Source: Okamejei kenojei (Eukaryota). Taken from it: a DNA stretch of 64,000 bases. Both the position numbers and the translations under genes were made by a program. Where the stretch lies: contig JAVHYY010000181.1 in assembly GCA_035221665.1 (NCBI GenBank), positions 1 through 64,000 on the forward strand, read 5' to 3'. Under the pieces are notes generated by a model. It saw only the letters and a list, made by a program, of their open reading frames with translations. It was not told the DNA's origin and ran no database searches. This document shows positions 1 through 13,845 of this stretch, piece after piece; the stretch's first letter is position 1, and each line of letters starts with the position of its first letter.

Positions 1-1760
1 CCCCCCAGCTCTTAAAAAGTAGCGTCATCAAGGGGATATGGGGAGAAAGACAGGAACGGGGTTCGGATTGGGGATGTTCTGCCTTTGAGTCACATTGAAG
101 GGTGGTGCTGGCTCGAAGGACCGAATGGAATCCTACTGCACATTTTTTGTCTATTGCCTATTGTCTCTAGCGGGATGGTATGAACTTCGACTCCCCCCAT
201 TCCCCTGGGCAAATTTTTCCACTGGTCACATCGGTGTAACTTTGCTTTCTCTCAGCGCCTTCCACGTAGTTTATGTTTGTCGTGCGATTATCCGCCACCT
301 CTAGTCCATCTATCATCTTCTTGGGCCGTGACTTGTTGTGGCTTCATTGTTGATTGGGCGCGGGCTGATTAGGGAGAGAAAAATCGGGGTGGGAGATGGA
401 AACAGCAAAAAACCACACCAAATGGAACAAATAGGAATAAGACTACGAGTGCGAGGGGAGAGAGAGGGAGACGCGGGGAGACGACGAGAAAAACGAGTAT
501 TGAAGAGCTCCGATTTATGGGCTAAATCGTATGCCTCTTTCAATATTCCTCGCAATCTCTCTCTTCCCCCTCAAAATTATCCCCCCCTTCTACATTTGCC
601 AATTATTTTCTCTCTCCTGAGTTTCTGCTCAAAAATGTGTTAGCTCTTTCATTTGAACTATTTGCTAACCGGAACTCGGCGAGTGATTGGCGGATTAGCG
701 CCAGGTGCCATTTCACACAGTATGGTTTACTGTTTTTTCGAAGCTTCATCCCTGCTGCTCGGCATCCCCGATTGTCCCTCCGTCTTCTACTAGTTTCACA
801 GATTATTGATGCTACTATCGGTCATTACGGAACGGAAATATCGGGCCCGGGGGGGAGTGGTGTAAAGGATTCGGGCTTGCTATATCTATTCGCTTGTGCG
901 CGGCTGGGTTTTCGGATTCTCACCATTGTCATGACCCTACTTTTCATTAATTGAGGACCGGTTGTGGTTTTTTTTTTTCAGGGCTTAATTACGCAGGGTT
1001 CTAGTTGTATTGTAAGGATTTTCTGGCGCCGGAATTGTTTCAAAACCAGGGTGCCCATCAACCTCGTTTCATAGCATTCGTCGGTAGACGAGATGTAGGT
1101 GCAAGACTTTTCATCGGCTGGTTCTCTCGCACGGTGCTCGCTCCATCTTCGTTGGTCTCTGATGTTCACTCATGTTAAATCTCTACGGTATTCCTGTCAG
1201 ACCTCAGTCGTTGCACGATGTTGGGGAAAAATCGCGAAATTCCTGGCATTTGGCTAGGGGGGATGGGGGGGAAGGCAGAGGGAGAGGTAGTGTGTCCGGC
1301 TGTCTCGCAATTAGCGCGACCAGGGGAGACTTTCTATAAGCTAAAATGTTGTCGCTGACTAGCGTAGAGTGAAGCGAGGCGCTGGGCAGCCCGTTATTCT
1401 CGCGCGGTGGCATGCGCGAGTTGAACCGATAGCATTTAGTCCCATCCGCTCTTCATTGTTCCTCTCTTTATACTCCAGTACACTATGCTCTCTCTCTCTA
1501 CTTTCTTCCGCACTCACTCTCTCCCCCCCCCCCCCCCCCCCAACACTCTCTTTTCATCTCTCTCTGTCTCGCTATTCACTCCCTCTTCTCTATCTTTCTC
1601 TCCCTCGCGTTTCATATAGGATTTTTCACTGGCACCTCCCTACTTTTAGTGCGTGAGTCACTCCCGTATAACGGGCTCGGAGAGCCTCTAAGAGAGCGTT
1701 ACTTGCAACTCCCAGAGCCGGTTTTCGTCCGGATTCCGCCGTCTCCCCTGAATCAGTGTG

Positions 1761-2239
1761 GTTGGGTTTCATTGGCACAGAGATACACGGCGGGAGTTCG
1801 AGTCATCCAGGAGCCCGGAGTGAGTTTAATTTGAGTGTGACATCTTTCTTCTCTCGCTGCTAATGCACCGGTAAACCTCAGGCGGGCAGTCTGGTGAGGC
1901 TCCACCTTGCCCGGATTAAACTATTTGTCAAGCATATTCATTCAGGAGATTGCCTCGCGAAGCTGAAATATACCATTTTATTTATGAAGTTGCGCCCGTT
2001 GTAAGTTACTGTTCTTTGTTTGTGGTACTGTCATTCTTAGAAGTTGCGTTGATTCAGGGAGGTCCTGGTTTGATCAACTGATTCCGTGCCATTCGTTCCT
2101 GGAAAATAAAGTACAGAGTTGTTGTAAATGCCCGGACTACATTGAACCACGGGGACACACACTGAGCACAATGCAGAGATGACCGGGCAGGGTGGCAAAT
2201 TCATTTATAAACAGGACCCGAACACCAAGGTGAGAACAT
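1761..2239 (-). pseudogene. Family-1 V copy, heavily disrupted (pseudogene or low-quality consensus)
   Basis: Homologous leader, V exon and RSS with many indels. Confidence 0.65.
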
Positions 2240-4849
2240 GGTGCATGGCTCCCTCAGACCCGATCGGAAGGCAGATTAATTTCGAGTTTTGATATCTTTT
2301 AACTGATATTGGAGATTAAGAATCAGGGATCCGGGGACCTTCTTTGTGTACGACACAGGGCTCCCCCTGTTTAAGGTTTGCTGGCATAAGCAGAGGTGCT
2401 GGGCCATATCAGGACACGAATCCCGTCTGACCGTAGCTGTGGCTTAGTTTCCTCGGGGGCTGGTTTTGATGTCTCTTTACCATTTCCCCATCAGGTCTGA
2501 AGAAACGGTCTTGACCCGAACGTCCACCCATTCCTTCTCTCCAGGAGATGCTTGCCTGTCCCGCCTGAGTCCTGTAGTTACTCCAGCATTTCGAAAAAAG
2601 ATTCTACATTCCCCAACTCTTTCCTCCCCACCGCCACTTCCATCTCTCTGTTCCCTTACTCCGCTCTCACTTTCTCACCATTCGGTCACCCATCTTATTC
2701 TCTCCACCTGCTGTAGTATTTTGTGCTAGTTTTGGTCCCTAAATTTTGAGGAAGGACATTCTTGCTATTGAGGGAGTTGCAGCGTTAGGTTTTCAAGGTT
2801 TTATTCCCCGGGATGGCGATGGCAGGGAATGTCTTATGCGGAGAGAATGGAGCAGCTGCTGGGCGTTTGTTTGTACCCACTCTGAGTTTAGAAGGATTGA
2901 GTGGCGATCTCATTGAAGATTATAATATTGTTGTGGGTTGGGACAACTTATAGGCAGGGGAAAGAAAGAAAAATCAGAAACATGTTCCCGATGTTGGGTG
3001 GGAAAGTCTTGAACAGGAGGCCACAGTTTTAGGAATGAGGAGTAAAGAGGGTAAGCCATTCAGAACCAGACGAGGAAACAACTTTTTCTCCTCACTGAGA
3101 GTGCGTGATTTTGTGGTAATTATCTGTTCTAGAAGGTTCCGTGGAGGGCAGGTCTCTAGATGCTTGCAAGAGAGAGCGAGATAGGGCTCTACAAATTAGC
3201 TGAGTCAGGGGTTATGGGGAGAAGCGGCCAGGAAGGAGATGGGTACTGATTGGGGATGATCAGCCATGATCACATTGAAATGTGGGTGCTTGGCTTCGAA
3301 GGACCCAAATGGGCCCTACTCCCGCACCTATTGTTCTTTTGCCTATTGTTTTTGTGTTCTTTTGATACACACATTCCCCCTTCCCTTTCACATTCCCCCT
3401 TCTCCCTCGTTTTTGTACAACACTTTCTCTCGTTCCTTTCCACGTAGTCAGTATTTATATGCCTTTCTCTTTATCCCTCCTCTCTCAACTCACAACTATG
3501 GCCGAGCCTAGTAGGGCAACAATTAAAATGGACGCGGGCGCTCATCTGCTCTCCCAGGTTTGTCTCCTGCCCCCCCTCCCACTCCCACCGCCCACATCTA
3601 TCGCTTTTCTCGCGTCGTTCGCCGTTCTCTCTCTTCTCCCCTCGCTCTCTTCTCCCTCTCTCAATCTCTCTCGCCCTCCCCCCTCACCCACCCTCTCCTA
3701 AGAGCAACATATTTTCTCTCTCCTGATTATCTGCAACGTTGCTGCATTATAGGTCTGCCCGGAACGCGGATGGCCGGATTTTTGTTTTTAGCTTCTTTCA
3801 TCATTTATGTTTTCTGTATATCGGGATTCATCCTGCTTTCGGCATTCCCATTGTCCCCGGCTCTCTGCAAGATCACAGATAATTAAAGGCTACTATCGTC
3901 TTAACGTAACGAAATCTGTGGTCCGAGTATGGGAAGGGCTTCGGACTTCTAATCAATTCTGCTTTGCACGGGTAGGTTCGAACTCACCCTGGTCATGAAC
4001 TACTTTTATTAATTGAGATCGGTATGTACGTATTTTTTGAGCTTAATTACCTTGGAACAAGTTGTAATTTAAGAAATTACAGGGCGCGGAAATTGCTTCA
4101 CTCCGCAGGGTGCCCGTCAAACTCGTTTCAACAATTTCGTCGGTAGACAAAGATGCTCGTTTCAGACGTTTCATCGAAGCTGGTTCTCTCGCACGTGCTC
4201 TCTTCTCCATCTTCGTTTTGTCCTCTGCAATTTACTCATTTAACTCGCACGGTATTCGACCGCTATAATCTTTTCTCTGACTTTGTTCCCTCTCTCCAAA
4301 CCTGGCAAATTCACGTTTTCTTTCATTCCTCGTCCTCGTTCTATATCTCCTGCATTCACTCTCCAACTCTCTCCCTCTGGCTCTAACAACCTCCCGCCAT
4401 TTTTCTCCATCCTCGTGCTCTATCTCATCTTCACCTCTCTTTCCATCTGCATCCGTTATCTATCCCGTATTCTCTCGTTTGAAGACCCTACCTTTATTCC
4501 CAAACCCGCATTTCACTGTTCCTCTCTTTACCTACCTCCCTACCCTCTCTCTCCTTCTTCCTCACTCACACTCACACTCATTTCCTCTCTCTCTGTCTTA
4601 TGTATGGATCTTTCTCTCCTGTCTCCTCAGCTCTCCTCACTCCTGTCATCAATTGTCTGCTCTCTCTCTTCTCCTACCCCCTTCTCCATCTTCTCCCTCG
4701 CATTTCAAGTAGGATTTTTTTCACTCCTTGGCCCCCTCCCACTTAGTCGCGTGCGCCTCCCTCCGACCAGGGCTCCGCGCGCCCTCCTAGGAGCGCTCGC
4801 TGCAACACCCATTAGTCGGTTTTTTCTCGTTGTCACCCTGCAAAGTGTG

Positions 4850-5278
4850 GGGTCATGGCACAGAGATAGACGGCGGAAGTCGGACCAAGACCGGATGGTT
4901 AAATGCGGACATCTTTTCTCACGCTGCAATTTCACGGTAAACCTCCAGCGGGCATTCTGGAGACGGCTCCACCTTTCCCGATAAAACCTATTCTCAGCAA
5001 GTTATGCAGGAGATTGCCCTCGATGCTGATATACCAAACTATATTGAAGTGCGACCGTCCGTAGTACAGTTCATTGTTGTGGGTCTGTCCTTCTGAAAGC
5101 GTTGATTCACGGGGGTCCTGGACACTGAATCTTGCCCACCTCGTTCCGCAAATAAAAGTACAGAGGCTGATTGAAAACGCTGGACTAACATGACCCATCG
5201 GGGACACACACTGATCAATGCAGAGACTGACTCGGGCAGGGTCGTCATATATAAACAGGAACGAACACAGGAGAACAT
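4850..5278 (-). pseudogene. Family-1 V copy, frameshifted, RSS damaged
   Basis: Partial frames (QDPRESTL; WYI) and a disrupted leader. Confidence 0.65.
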
Positions 5279-7829
5279 GGTTCCGGCTTCAGACCGATCA
5301 GAAGGCAGATTCCTTTCAATAGGTTGATACCCTTTAACTGATATTGGAGATGTAACATTGAGATATCGGGCACCTTCCTTTGTGTGCGACAGCGGTGGCG
5401 TCCCCTGTTTCTCTCAGCCCGGGATGGCTGCCACATCAGAGTGGGCCTATCGGGGACACGATCAGGTCTGACGGTGGCGTAGTTTCTCTCCGGCCTGGAT
5501 TTCGTCGTACATGCATTCCCCATCACTCTGTAAGAACGGTCAACCGAACGTCACTATTTTCTTCCAGAGATGCTGCTGTTCCCGCTGAGTTACTCGCATT
5601 TTGAGTTCTATAATGTCCCCAACACTCTCCTCCACCCGCCACTTCCATCTCTGTCTGCTCCTTACTTCCGCTCACTTTCTCACCCATTTCGTCACCAATC
5701 TCTCTCTCCACCTGCAGTATTTTGTGCCGATTGTCCCCTTCATTTGAGGTAAGGGACATTCTTACTATTGAGGGAGAGCAGCGTAGGTTTACAAGGTTAA
5801 TTCCCGGGATTGGCAGGAAATGGTCTTACGCTGAGAGAGAGAATGGAGCAGCTGGTGCGTGTACACTCAGGAAGCTTTCGACATGATGAGAGGGGATCTC
5901 ATTGAAATATATAAGATTGTTGTGGGCTTGAGACACACTAGAGGCAGGAAAACATTTCCCGATTTGGGGGAGTCTAGAACAGGGGTGATGAGGAGAAAGC
6001 ATCTATGGAATTTGGCGCGTTATCTGTCTCAGAGGTCGTCGGAGGCAGGTTCTCTGGATGCTTTTTTTTCACAAGAGAGGAGGAGCGAGATAGGGCTCCT
6101 CTTACAAATTAGCGGAGTCAAGGGATTATATGGGGAAGAAGGCAGGAACGGGGTACTGATGGGGAATGATCAGCGATCACATTGACGTGTGGTGCTGGCT
6201 CGAAGGACCAAATGGCCTTACTCCTGCACCTATTAGTCGATTGCCCTATTGTCTCTGAGTTCTTTCTGAACACACACTCCCCCCTTCCCTGTTCACATCC
6301 CCCTCCTCCCCTCGTTGTACGACTCTTTTCTTTCCGTTTCTCTCCGACTCCTTCCACGTATATTATCGTTATATATACTATTTATCCATCTATATACCTC
6401 CCTTCGTTAAACTAACACAAAACTATGCTATGGACGGAGCTAGTAGGGCAACCAATTAGAATGGGCGCCTCATCTTCTCTCCCCCCCCCTCCAGCCCCCC
6501 TGCCCGCTACCGCCACAAACCCCCCCCCCCCCCCACCACTCTCGCCTTATCGCTTTACTCTCTCTCCCTCTCTTCTTGCTTTTCTCGCTCGTTTCGCCTT
6601 TTTTCTCCCTCTCCCTCTCTCCTTCTCCCTCTTTCAATCCTCTCTCTCCCCTCCCCCCCCCCCATCCCCACCTCACTCCCCCCCTCCCTCCTAAAATAGC
6701 CCATTATTTTCTCTCTCCTGAGTATCTGCAACTTGCTCCTATAGGTCTGCCCCGGAACGCGATGGGCCGGAGAGCTTCCTTTCATCCATTTATGTTTTAC
6801 TTATATGACGCTTCATCCCTGCTCTCGGTATCCCATTGTCCCCGTCTTCTGCGCCCACCGTCTTCTGCAGATCACAGCGACTATCGGTCATAACGTAACG
6901 GAAAAAATGTGGCCGAGTGGGGTAAGGGCGTCGGGCTGCTAATCTGCTTTGCGCAGGCTAGGTTCGAAATCTCACCATAGACATGACCCTACTTTTCATT
7001 AATTGAGTTCCGGGTATACGATTTTTTTCAGTTTCCGGCTTAATTACTCATGGAACAAGTTTGTAATTTAAGAAATTACAGGCGCCGGAAATTGTTCACA
7101 CCGCAGGGTGCCCATCAAACTCGTTTCAAGCATTCGTCGGTAGGACAAAGATGCTCGGCTTCAGACCATTTCATCGGCAGGTTCTCTCCTCTCTCTCCAT
7201 CTTCGTTGTTCTCTGGCTAATTTACTCATTTAACTCTCAACGGTATTCCTGAACGCTCTCTTTCACGATGTTGTTCCCCCTCTCTCCCAACCTGGCAAAT
7301 TCACGTTTTCTCATTTTTCCTTCCTCGTTCTCGTTCTATATCTCCTGCATTCACTCTCCAACTCTCTCCCCTCTGTCTCTAACAAACCTCACCCATTTTT
7401 CTCCATCCTCGCTCTATCTCTCTTCACCCCCTCTTTCCATCTGCCATCCGTTATCTATCCCGTATTCTCTCGTTTGAACCCTACCATTTATTCCCAACCG
7501 CATTCACTGTTCCTCTCTTTACCTACCTACCCTATCGCTCTCTCTTTCTTCCTCTCTCTCACACTCACTCTCTCACTCATTCTCCATCTCTCTCNNNNNN
7601 NNNNNNNNNNNNNNNNNNNNNNNNNNNNNNNNNNNNNNNNNNNNNNNNNNNNNNNNNNNNNNNNNNNNNNNNNNNNNNNNNNNNNNNNNNNNNNNNNNNN
7701 NNNNNNNNNNNNNNNNNNNNNNNNNNNNNNNNNNNNNNNNNNNTTTTCACTTGGCCCCATCCCTACTTAGTGTGTGCGTCCCGGGCTCCGCGCGCCCTCT
7801 AGCGAGCGCTCACTGCAACTCCCAGAGCC

Positions 7830-7868
7830 GGTTTTTGTCCGGATCCGCCGTCGCCCTGCATCAGTGTG
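7830..7868 (-). other. 23-RSS
   Basis: CACACTG-23bp-ACAAAAACC. Confidence 0.92.
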
Positions 7869-8319
7869 GGGTTCATGGCACAGAGATACACGGCGGAGTC
7901 GGACACCAGAGCCCCGGAGAGAGTTAAATGAGACATCTTCTTGTCACGCTGCAATTCACCGGTAAACCTCAGCGGGCATTCCTGGAGGACGGTTCCTTCT
8001 TTCCCGATAAAACCTATTCTCAGCAAGTATTTCAGGGAGATTGCCGCGCGACCAGGTGCTGAAATATACCAAAAATATATACCGAAGTTAGGCCGTTGTA
8101 AGTGCAGTTCATTGTTGTGGTCTGTCCTTCTTGATGCGTTGATTCACGGGGGTCCTGGGTCACTGAATCTTGCCCACTCGTTCCTGCAATAAAGTACAGA
8201 GATGATGAAAAGCCTCATGGGACTAACATTGAAACCCACGGGAACGCCACACTGATCACATGCAGAGACTGACCGGGCAGGGTCGCCAATATAATCAGGA
8301 ACGAACACAGGGAGAACAT
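7869..8319 (-). pseudogene. Family-1 V copy, frameshifted (near-duplicate of the 17897-18322 copy)
   Basis: V exon 8183-7869 is 315 nt rather than 301; intact RSS 7868-7830. Confidence 0.65.
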
Positions 8320-10017
8320 GGTGCCCGGCTTCAGACTCGATCAGAAGGCAGATTAATTTCAAGAGGTTGATACCCTTTAACTGATATTGGAGATTAAGAT
8401 GAGATCCGGGGCACCTTCCCTTTGTGTACGACAGGGGGCGTCCCCTGTTTTAGGATTGGCTGGCATATCAGAGCTGGGCCTATCGTGACACGAGTCAGTC
8501 TGACCGGTGGCTTTAGTTCTCTCGGAGGCTGGATTTGACGTCTCATTACATTCCCCATCAGTCTGAAGAAAGGTCTCGACCCGAAACGTCACCTATTCCT
8601 TCTCTCCAGAGATGCTGCTGTCCCGCTGAGTTACTCCAGCATTTCGAGTCTACATTCCCCAACTCTTTCTCTCCACCGCCACTTCCGACATTTCATCGGC
8701 TGGTTCTCACGCACGTTCTCTCTCTATCTTCTTTGTTCTCTTCTATTTACTCATTTAACTTTCAACGGTATTCCTGACCGCTCTCTTTCACGACGTTGTT
8801 CCCCCTCTCTCCCAACCTGCCAAATTCACGTCTTCTCATTTTTCCTTCCTCGTTCTCGTTCTGTATGTCCTTCATTCACTCTCTAACTCTCTTCCCTCCC
8901 TCTCTATCTAACCTCACCCATTTGTCTCCATCCACGCTCTCTATCTCTCTTTTCATCTGCCATCCGTTATCTCTCGCGCATTCTCTCGTTTGAACCCTAC
9001 CATTTATTCCGAACCACTCTCTCTGTTCCTCTCTTTACCTACCTACCCTGTGCTCTCTCTCTCTCTCTTTCTCCCTCACACACGCTCTCTCTCTCACTCA
9101 CTTTCCATTTATGTTTTACTGATATATCGACGCTTCATCTCTCCTCTCGGCATCCCAATGTCCACCGTCTTCTGCAAGATCACAGATAATTGAAGCTACT
9201 ATCGGTCATAACGTAACGAAAAATGTGGCCGACTGATTAAGGTTTCGGGCTGCTAATCAATTCTGCTTTGCACGAGTAGGTTCGAATCTCACCCTAGTCA
9301 TGAATCTAATTTTCATTTATTGAGATCCGTATTATGATTTTTTTTTCCGAGCTTAATTACTCATGGAACAAGTTTGTAGTTTAAGGAATTGCAGGCGTCG
9401 GAAATTTTTCACACCGCAGGGTGCTCCTCAAACTCGTGTCAGGCATTTCATCGGTAGATTCCCTCGCACGTTCTCTCTCTATCATCGTTGCTCTCTGCTA
9501 TTTACTCATTTAACTCTCAACGGTATTCCTGACCGCTCTCTTTCACGACGTTGTTCCCCCTCTCTCCCAACCTGGCAAATTCACGTCTTCTCATTTCTCC
9601 TTCCTCGTTCTCGCTCTGTATCTCCTTCAATCACTCTCTAACTCTCTACCCTGTGTCTCTAGCTAACTTCACCCATTTTTCTCCATCCACGCTCTCTATC
9701 TCTCTTTTCATCTGCCATCCGTTATTTCTCGCGTATTCTCTCGTTTGAACCCTACCATTTATTACCAACCGCTCTCTCTGTTCCTCTCTTTGCCTACCTA
9801 CCCTGTCGCTCTCTCTCTTTTTCTCACTCACACACTCTCTCTCTCTCACTCACTCACTCTATCTCTGTCTCTCCCTCGCGTTCTCATTAGGATTTTTCAC
9901 CTGGCCCCTCCCTACTTAGTGCGTGCTTCCCTGGCTCCACGCGCCCTCTAGCGGGCGCTCACTGCAACACCCAGAGCATGTTTTTGTCCGGATCCGTCGT
10001 CTCCCTGCATCAGTGTG

Positions 10018-10099
10018 GGGTTCATGGCACAGAGATACACGGCGGAGTCGGACACCAGAGCCCCGGAGAGAGTTAAATGAGACATCTTCTTCTCTCGCT
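10018..10099 (-). pseudogene. Truncated family-1 V (3' FR3 only) fused to LINE sequence
   Basis: Only the KKMSHLTLSGALVSDSAVYLCAMN end remains; RSS 10017-9979; abuts CR1 at ~10103. Confidence 0.7.
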
Positions 10100-11987
10100 C
10101 CTTTCCCTAATTTGAGGAAGGACATTCTTGCTATTGAGGGAGTGCAGCGTAGGTTTACAAGGTTAATCCCCGGGATGGCAGGGATGTCTTAAACAGGAAC
10201 GAACACAGGGAGACATGCTGAGGGAGAATGGGTGGTTGAGCAGATCTGGGCGGTCCCCTGTTGTACACTCTGAAGTTTAGAAGGATAGAGGAGGATCTCT
10301 CTCCAGAAAGATATAAGATTGTTGTGGGCTTGGACACACTAGAGGCAGAAAACATGTTCCCGATGTTGGGGGAGTCTAGAACCAGGGGCCACAGTTTAAG
10401 AATGAGGAGTAAGCCATTCAGAACCAAGACGAGGAAACACTTTTTCTCACAGAGAGTGGTGATTCTGTGGAATTATCTGTCTCAGAGGGCCGTGGAGGCA
10501 GGTTCTCTGGATGCTTTCAAGAGAGAGCGAGATAGGGCTCTTAAAAATTAGCGGAGTCAGGGGATCTGGGGAGAAGGCAGGAACGGGGTACTGAATGGCG
10601 ATGATCAGCCATGATCACATTGAAATGTGGTGCTGCTCGAAGGACCAAATGGCCTACTCCCGCACCTATTGTCTATTGCCTATTGTCTCTCGTGTTCTTT
10701 CTGAACACACACACATTCCCCCTTCTTCTTCTGAACACACACTTCTCTCCCTCGTTCTATATCTCTCTCTCGTCCTCTCTCTCTCTTCTCCTCTCTCTCC
10801 CTCTCTCTCTCTCTCTCTTCTCCTCCCCCCCCTCTTCCCCCTCACCCCACCCTCTCTAAAGAGCACATTATTTTCTCTCTCCTGATTATCTGCAACGTTG
10901 CTCCATTATAGGTCTGCCCGGTAACGCGATGGGCCGGATAGCTTTCCTTTCATCCATTCATGTTTTACTGATATATCGAGCTCTCGCATCCCTTGTCCAC
11001 CGTCCAAATCACAGCTTGAAGCTCGGGCTTGGCCGATGTCGGGCCTATTCCGCTTTGCGCTCACTTTTCCCCGCTGGTGGTTCATCGATATCTCTCTCTT
11101 TTCACGTTTGTTTTCTTCTTCTATTTACTTATTTAAACTCTCAAACAGGTCCTTCCTCTTCTCGGCTCCATCCTCGCCCTCTCTCTTCACCCAAGTCATT
11201 TCTCTCACGACCAACCTAATTTTCAATCTCTCTCATCCCCTCCCCTCTCCCCCCCTCATTGAGATCCGTATTATACGATTTTTTTTTTTTCCGAGCTTCT
11301 GCCCTCTCGGCATCCATTTCCATTCATGGAACATGTTTGTAGTTTTGAAAGGAATTGCAGGCGTCCTGAGAAGTTTTTATGTTCTCACCAGGCGGTCAGG
11401 GCTGCTCCTCAAACTCGTGTCAGGCATTTCATCGGTAGATTCTCTCGCACGTTCTCTCTCTATCATCGTTGCTCTCTGCTATTTACTCATTTAACTCTCA
11501 ACGGTATTCCTGACCGCTCTCTTTCACAACGTTGTTCCCCCTCTCTCCCAACCTGGCAAATTCACGTCTTCTCATTTTTCCTTCCTCGTTCTCGTTCTGT
11601 ATCTCCTTCATTCACTCTCGAACACTTTCCCCTGTGTCTCTAACTAACTTCACCCATTTTTCTCCATCCACGCTCTCTATCTCTCTTTTCATCTGCCATC
11701 CGTTATCTCTCGCGTATTCTCTCGTTTGAACCCTACCATTTATTCCCAACCGCTCTCCCTGTTCCTCTCTTTATCTACCTACTCTGTCGCTCTCTCTCTC
11801 TTTCTCCCTCACACACTCTCTCTCTCTCACTCACTCTATCTCTGTCTCTCCCTCAGTCTCTCACCCTCTCTCTCCGTCTCTCCCTCGCGTTCTCATTAGG
11901 ATTTTTCACCTGGCCCATCCCTACTTAGTGCGTGCGTCCCTGGCTCCACGCGCCCACTAGCGGGCGCTCACTGCAACTCCCAGAGCC

Positions 11988-12026
11988 GGTTTTTGTCCGG
12001 ATCCGCCGTCGCCCTGCATCAGTGTG
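11988..12026 (-). other. 23-RSS
   Basis: CACACTG-23bp-ACAAAAACC. Confidence 0.95.
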
Positions 12027-12456
12027 GGGTTCATGGCACAGAGATACACGGCGGAGTCGGACACCAGAGCCCCGGAGAGAGTTAAACGAGACATCTTCTT
12101 CTCTCGCTTCAATGCACCGGTAAACCTCAGCGGGCATTCTGGAGACGGCTCCACCTTGCCCGATAAACCTATTCTCAGCAAGTATTCAGGAGATTGCCCG
12201 CGAAGCTGAATATACCAAAATATATATGAAATAATGCCGTTGTAAGTACAGTTCATTGTTGTGGTCTGTCCTTCATGAAGCGTTGATTCACGGGGGTTCT
12301 GGATCACTGAATCTTGCCCACTCGTTCCTGCAATAAAGCACAGAAAGAATGAAAAGCCTGGACTAACATTGAACCCACGGGACGCACACTGATCACATGC
12401 AGAGACTGACCGGGCAGGGTCGCCAATATAAACAGGACCGAACACAGGGAGAACAT
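12027..12456 (-). CDS. Intact family-1 TCR V gene segment
   Basis: Leader exon 12456-12411 (MFSLCSVLFILATLP-G), GT..AG intron 83 nt, V exon 12327-12027 open, CDR1 NGIISY; RSS 12026-11988. Confidence 0.9.
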
Positions 12457-12587
12457 AGTGCCCGGCTTCAGACCCGATCGGAAGGCAGATTAATTTCAAG
12501 TTGATATCCTTTAACTGATATTGGAGATTAACATGAGATCCGGGGCACCTTCCCTTTGTGTACGACACGGGGCGTCCCCCGTTTAAG

Positions 12588-12604
12588 GATTGGCTGGCCT
12601 ATCA
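12588..12604 (-). promoter_or_regulatory. V promoter GATA+CCAAT composite (family-1 representative)
   Basis: TGATAGGCCAGCCAATC about 133 nt upstream of the leader ATG; the same motif is in family 2. Confidence 0.55.
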
Positions 12605-12890
12605 GAGCTGGGCCTATCAGGACACGAATCAGTCTGACCGGTGGCTTAGTTTCTCTCCGAGGCTGGTTTTGATGTCTCATTACATTCCCCATCAGTCTGA
12701 AGAACGGTCTTGACCCGAAACGTCACCCATTCCTTCTCTCCAGAGATGCTGCCTGTCCCGCTGAGTTACTCCAGCACTTCGAGTCTCTACATTCCCCAAC
12801 TCTTTCTCTCCACCGCCACTTCTATCTCTGTTTCCCTTACTTCCCCTCACTTTCTCACCCATTCGTCACCCATCTCTCTCTCCACCTGCA

Positions 12891-13447
12891 GTATTGTGTG
12901 CAGTTTTGTCCCCTCATTTGAGGAAGGACATTCTTCCAATTGAGGGAGTGCAGCGTAGGTTTACAAGGTTAATTCCCGGGATGGCAGGACTGTCTTATGC
13001 TGAGAGAATGGAGCAGCTGGGCTTGTACACTCTGAAGTTTAGAAGGATGAGAGGGCATCTCATTGAAACATATAAGATTGTTGTGGGCTTGGACACACTA
13101 TAGGCAGGAAACATGTTCCCGATGTTGGGGGAGTCTAGAACCAGGCGCCACAGTTTAAGAATAAGGAGTAAGCCATTCAGAACGGAGACGAGGAAACACT
13201 TTTTCTCACAGAGAGTTGTGATTCTGTGGAATTATCTGTCTCAGAGGGCTGTGGAGGCAGGTTCTCTGAATGCTTTCAAGAGAGAACGAGATAGGGCTCT
13301 TAAAAATTAGCGTCATCAGGGGATATGGGGAGAAGACAGGAACGGGGTACGGATTGGGGATGATCAGCCATGATCACATTGAATGGTGGTGCTGGCTCGA
13401 AGGACCGAATGGCCTCCTCCTGCACCTATTGTCTATTGCCTATTGTC
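12891..13447 (+). mobile_element. CR1 LINE fragment (co-amplified copy)
   Basis: Same sequence and breakpoint as 15799-16356; other copies ~1-165, 2720-3350, 5715-6250, 10103-10668, 20927-21360. Confidence 0.82.
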
Positions 13448-13814
13448 TCTCGCGTTCTTTCTGAACAAACACTCCCCCTTCCCTTTCACATTAACCCTTT
13501 TCCCTCGTTGTACAATTCTTTCTCTCCGCTCCTTCCACGTAGTATATGTATGTCTTTCTATATCCCTCCTCTCGTCCAACTAACACAACTATGGCCGAGC
13601 CTAGTAGGGCAACAATTAGAATGGGCGCGGGCTCATCTTCTCTCCCCGGTTGTCTCATGCCCCTCCCCCCCCCCCCCCCCCCCCCCCCCCCCCACTGCCA
13701 CCGCCACCTCTATCGCTTTTCTCGCTCGTTCGCCTCTTTTCTCTCTCTCCCTCTCCCTCTCTCCTTCTCCCTCCACTTTCACATTCTCTCAATCTCTCTC
13801 TCTCCCCTCCCCCT

Positions 13815-13845
<31 letters not shown>

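Noticed and set aside
11957-12568. Single-exon 203-aa ORF containing a V domain with N- and C-terminal extensions
   Set aside because: The N-terminus is intron and out-of-frame leader; the tail TLMQGDGGSGQKPALGVAVSAR is read-through of the RSS and CTCF motif. The two-exon model fits better.
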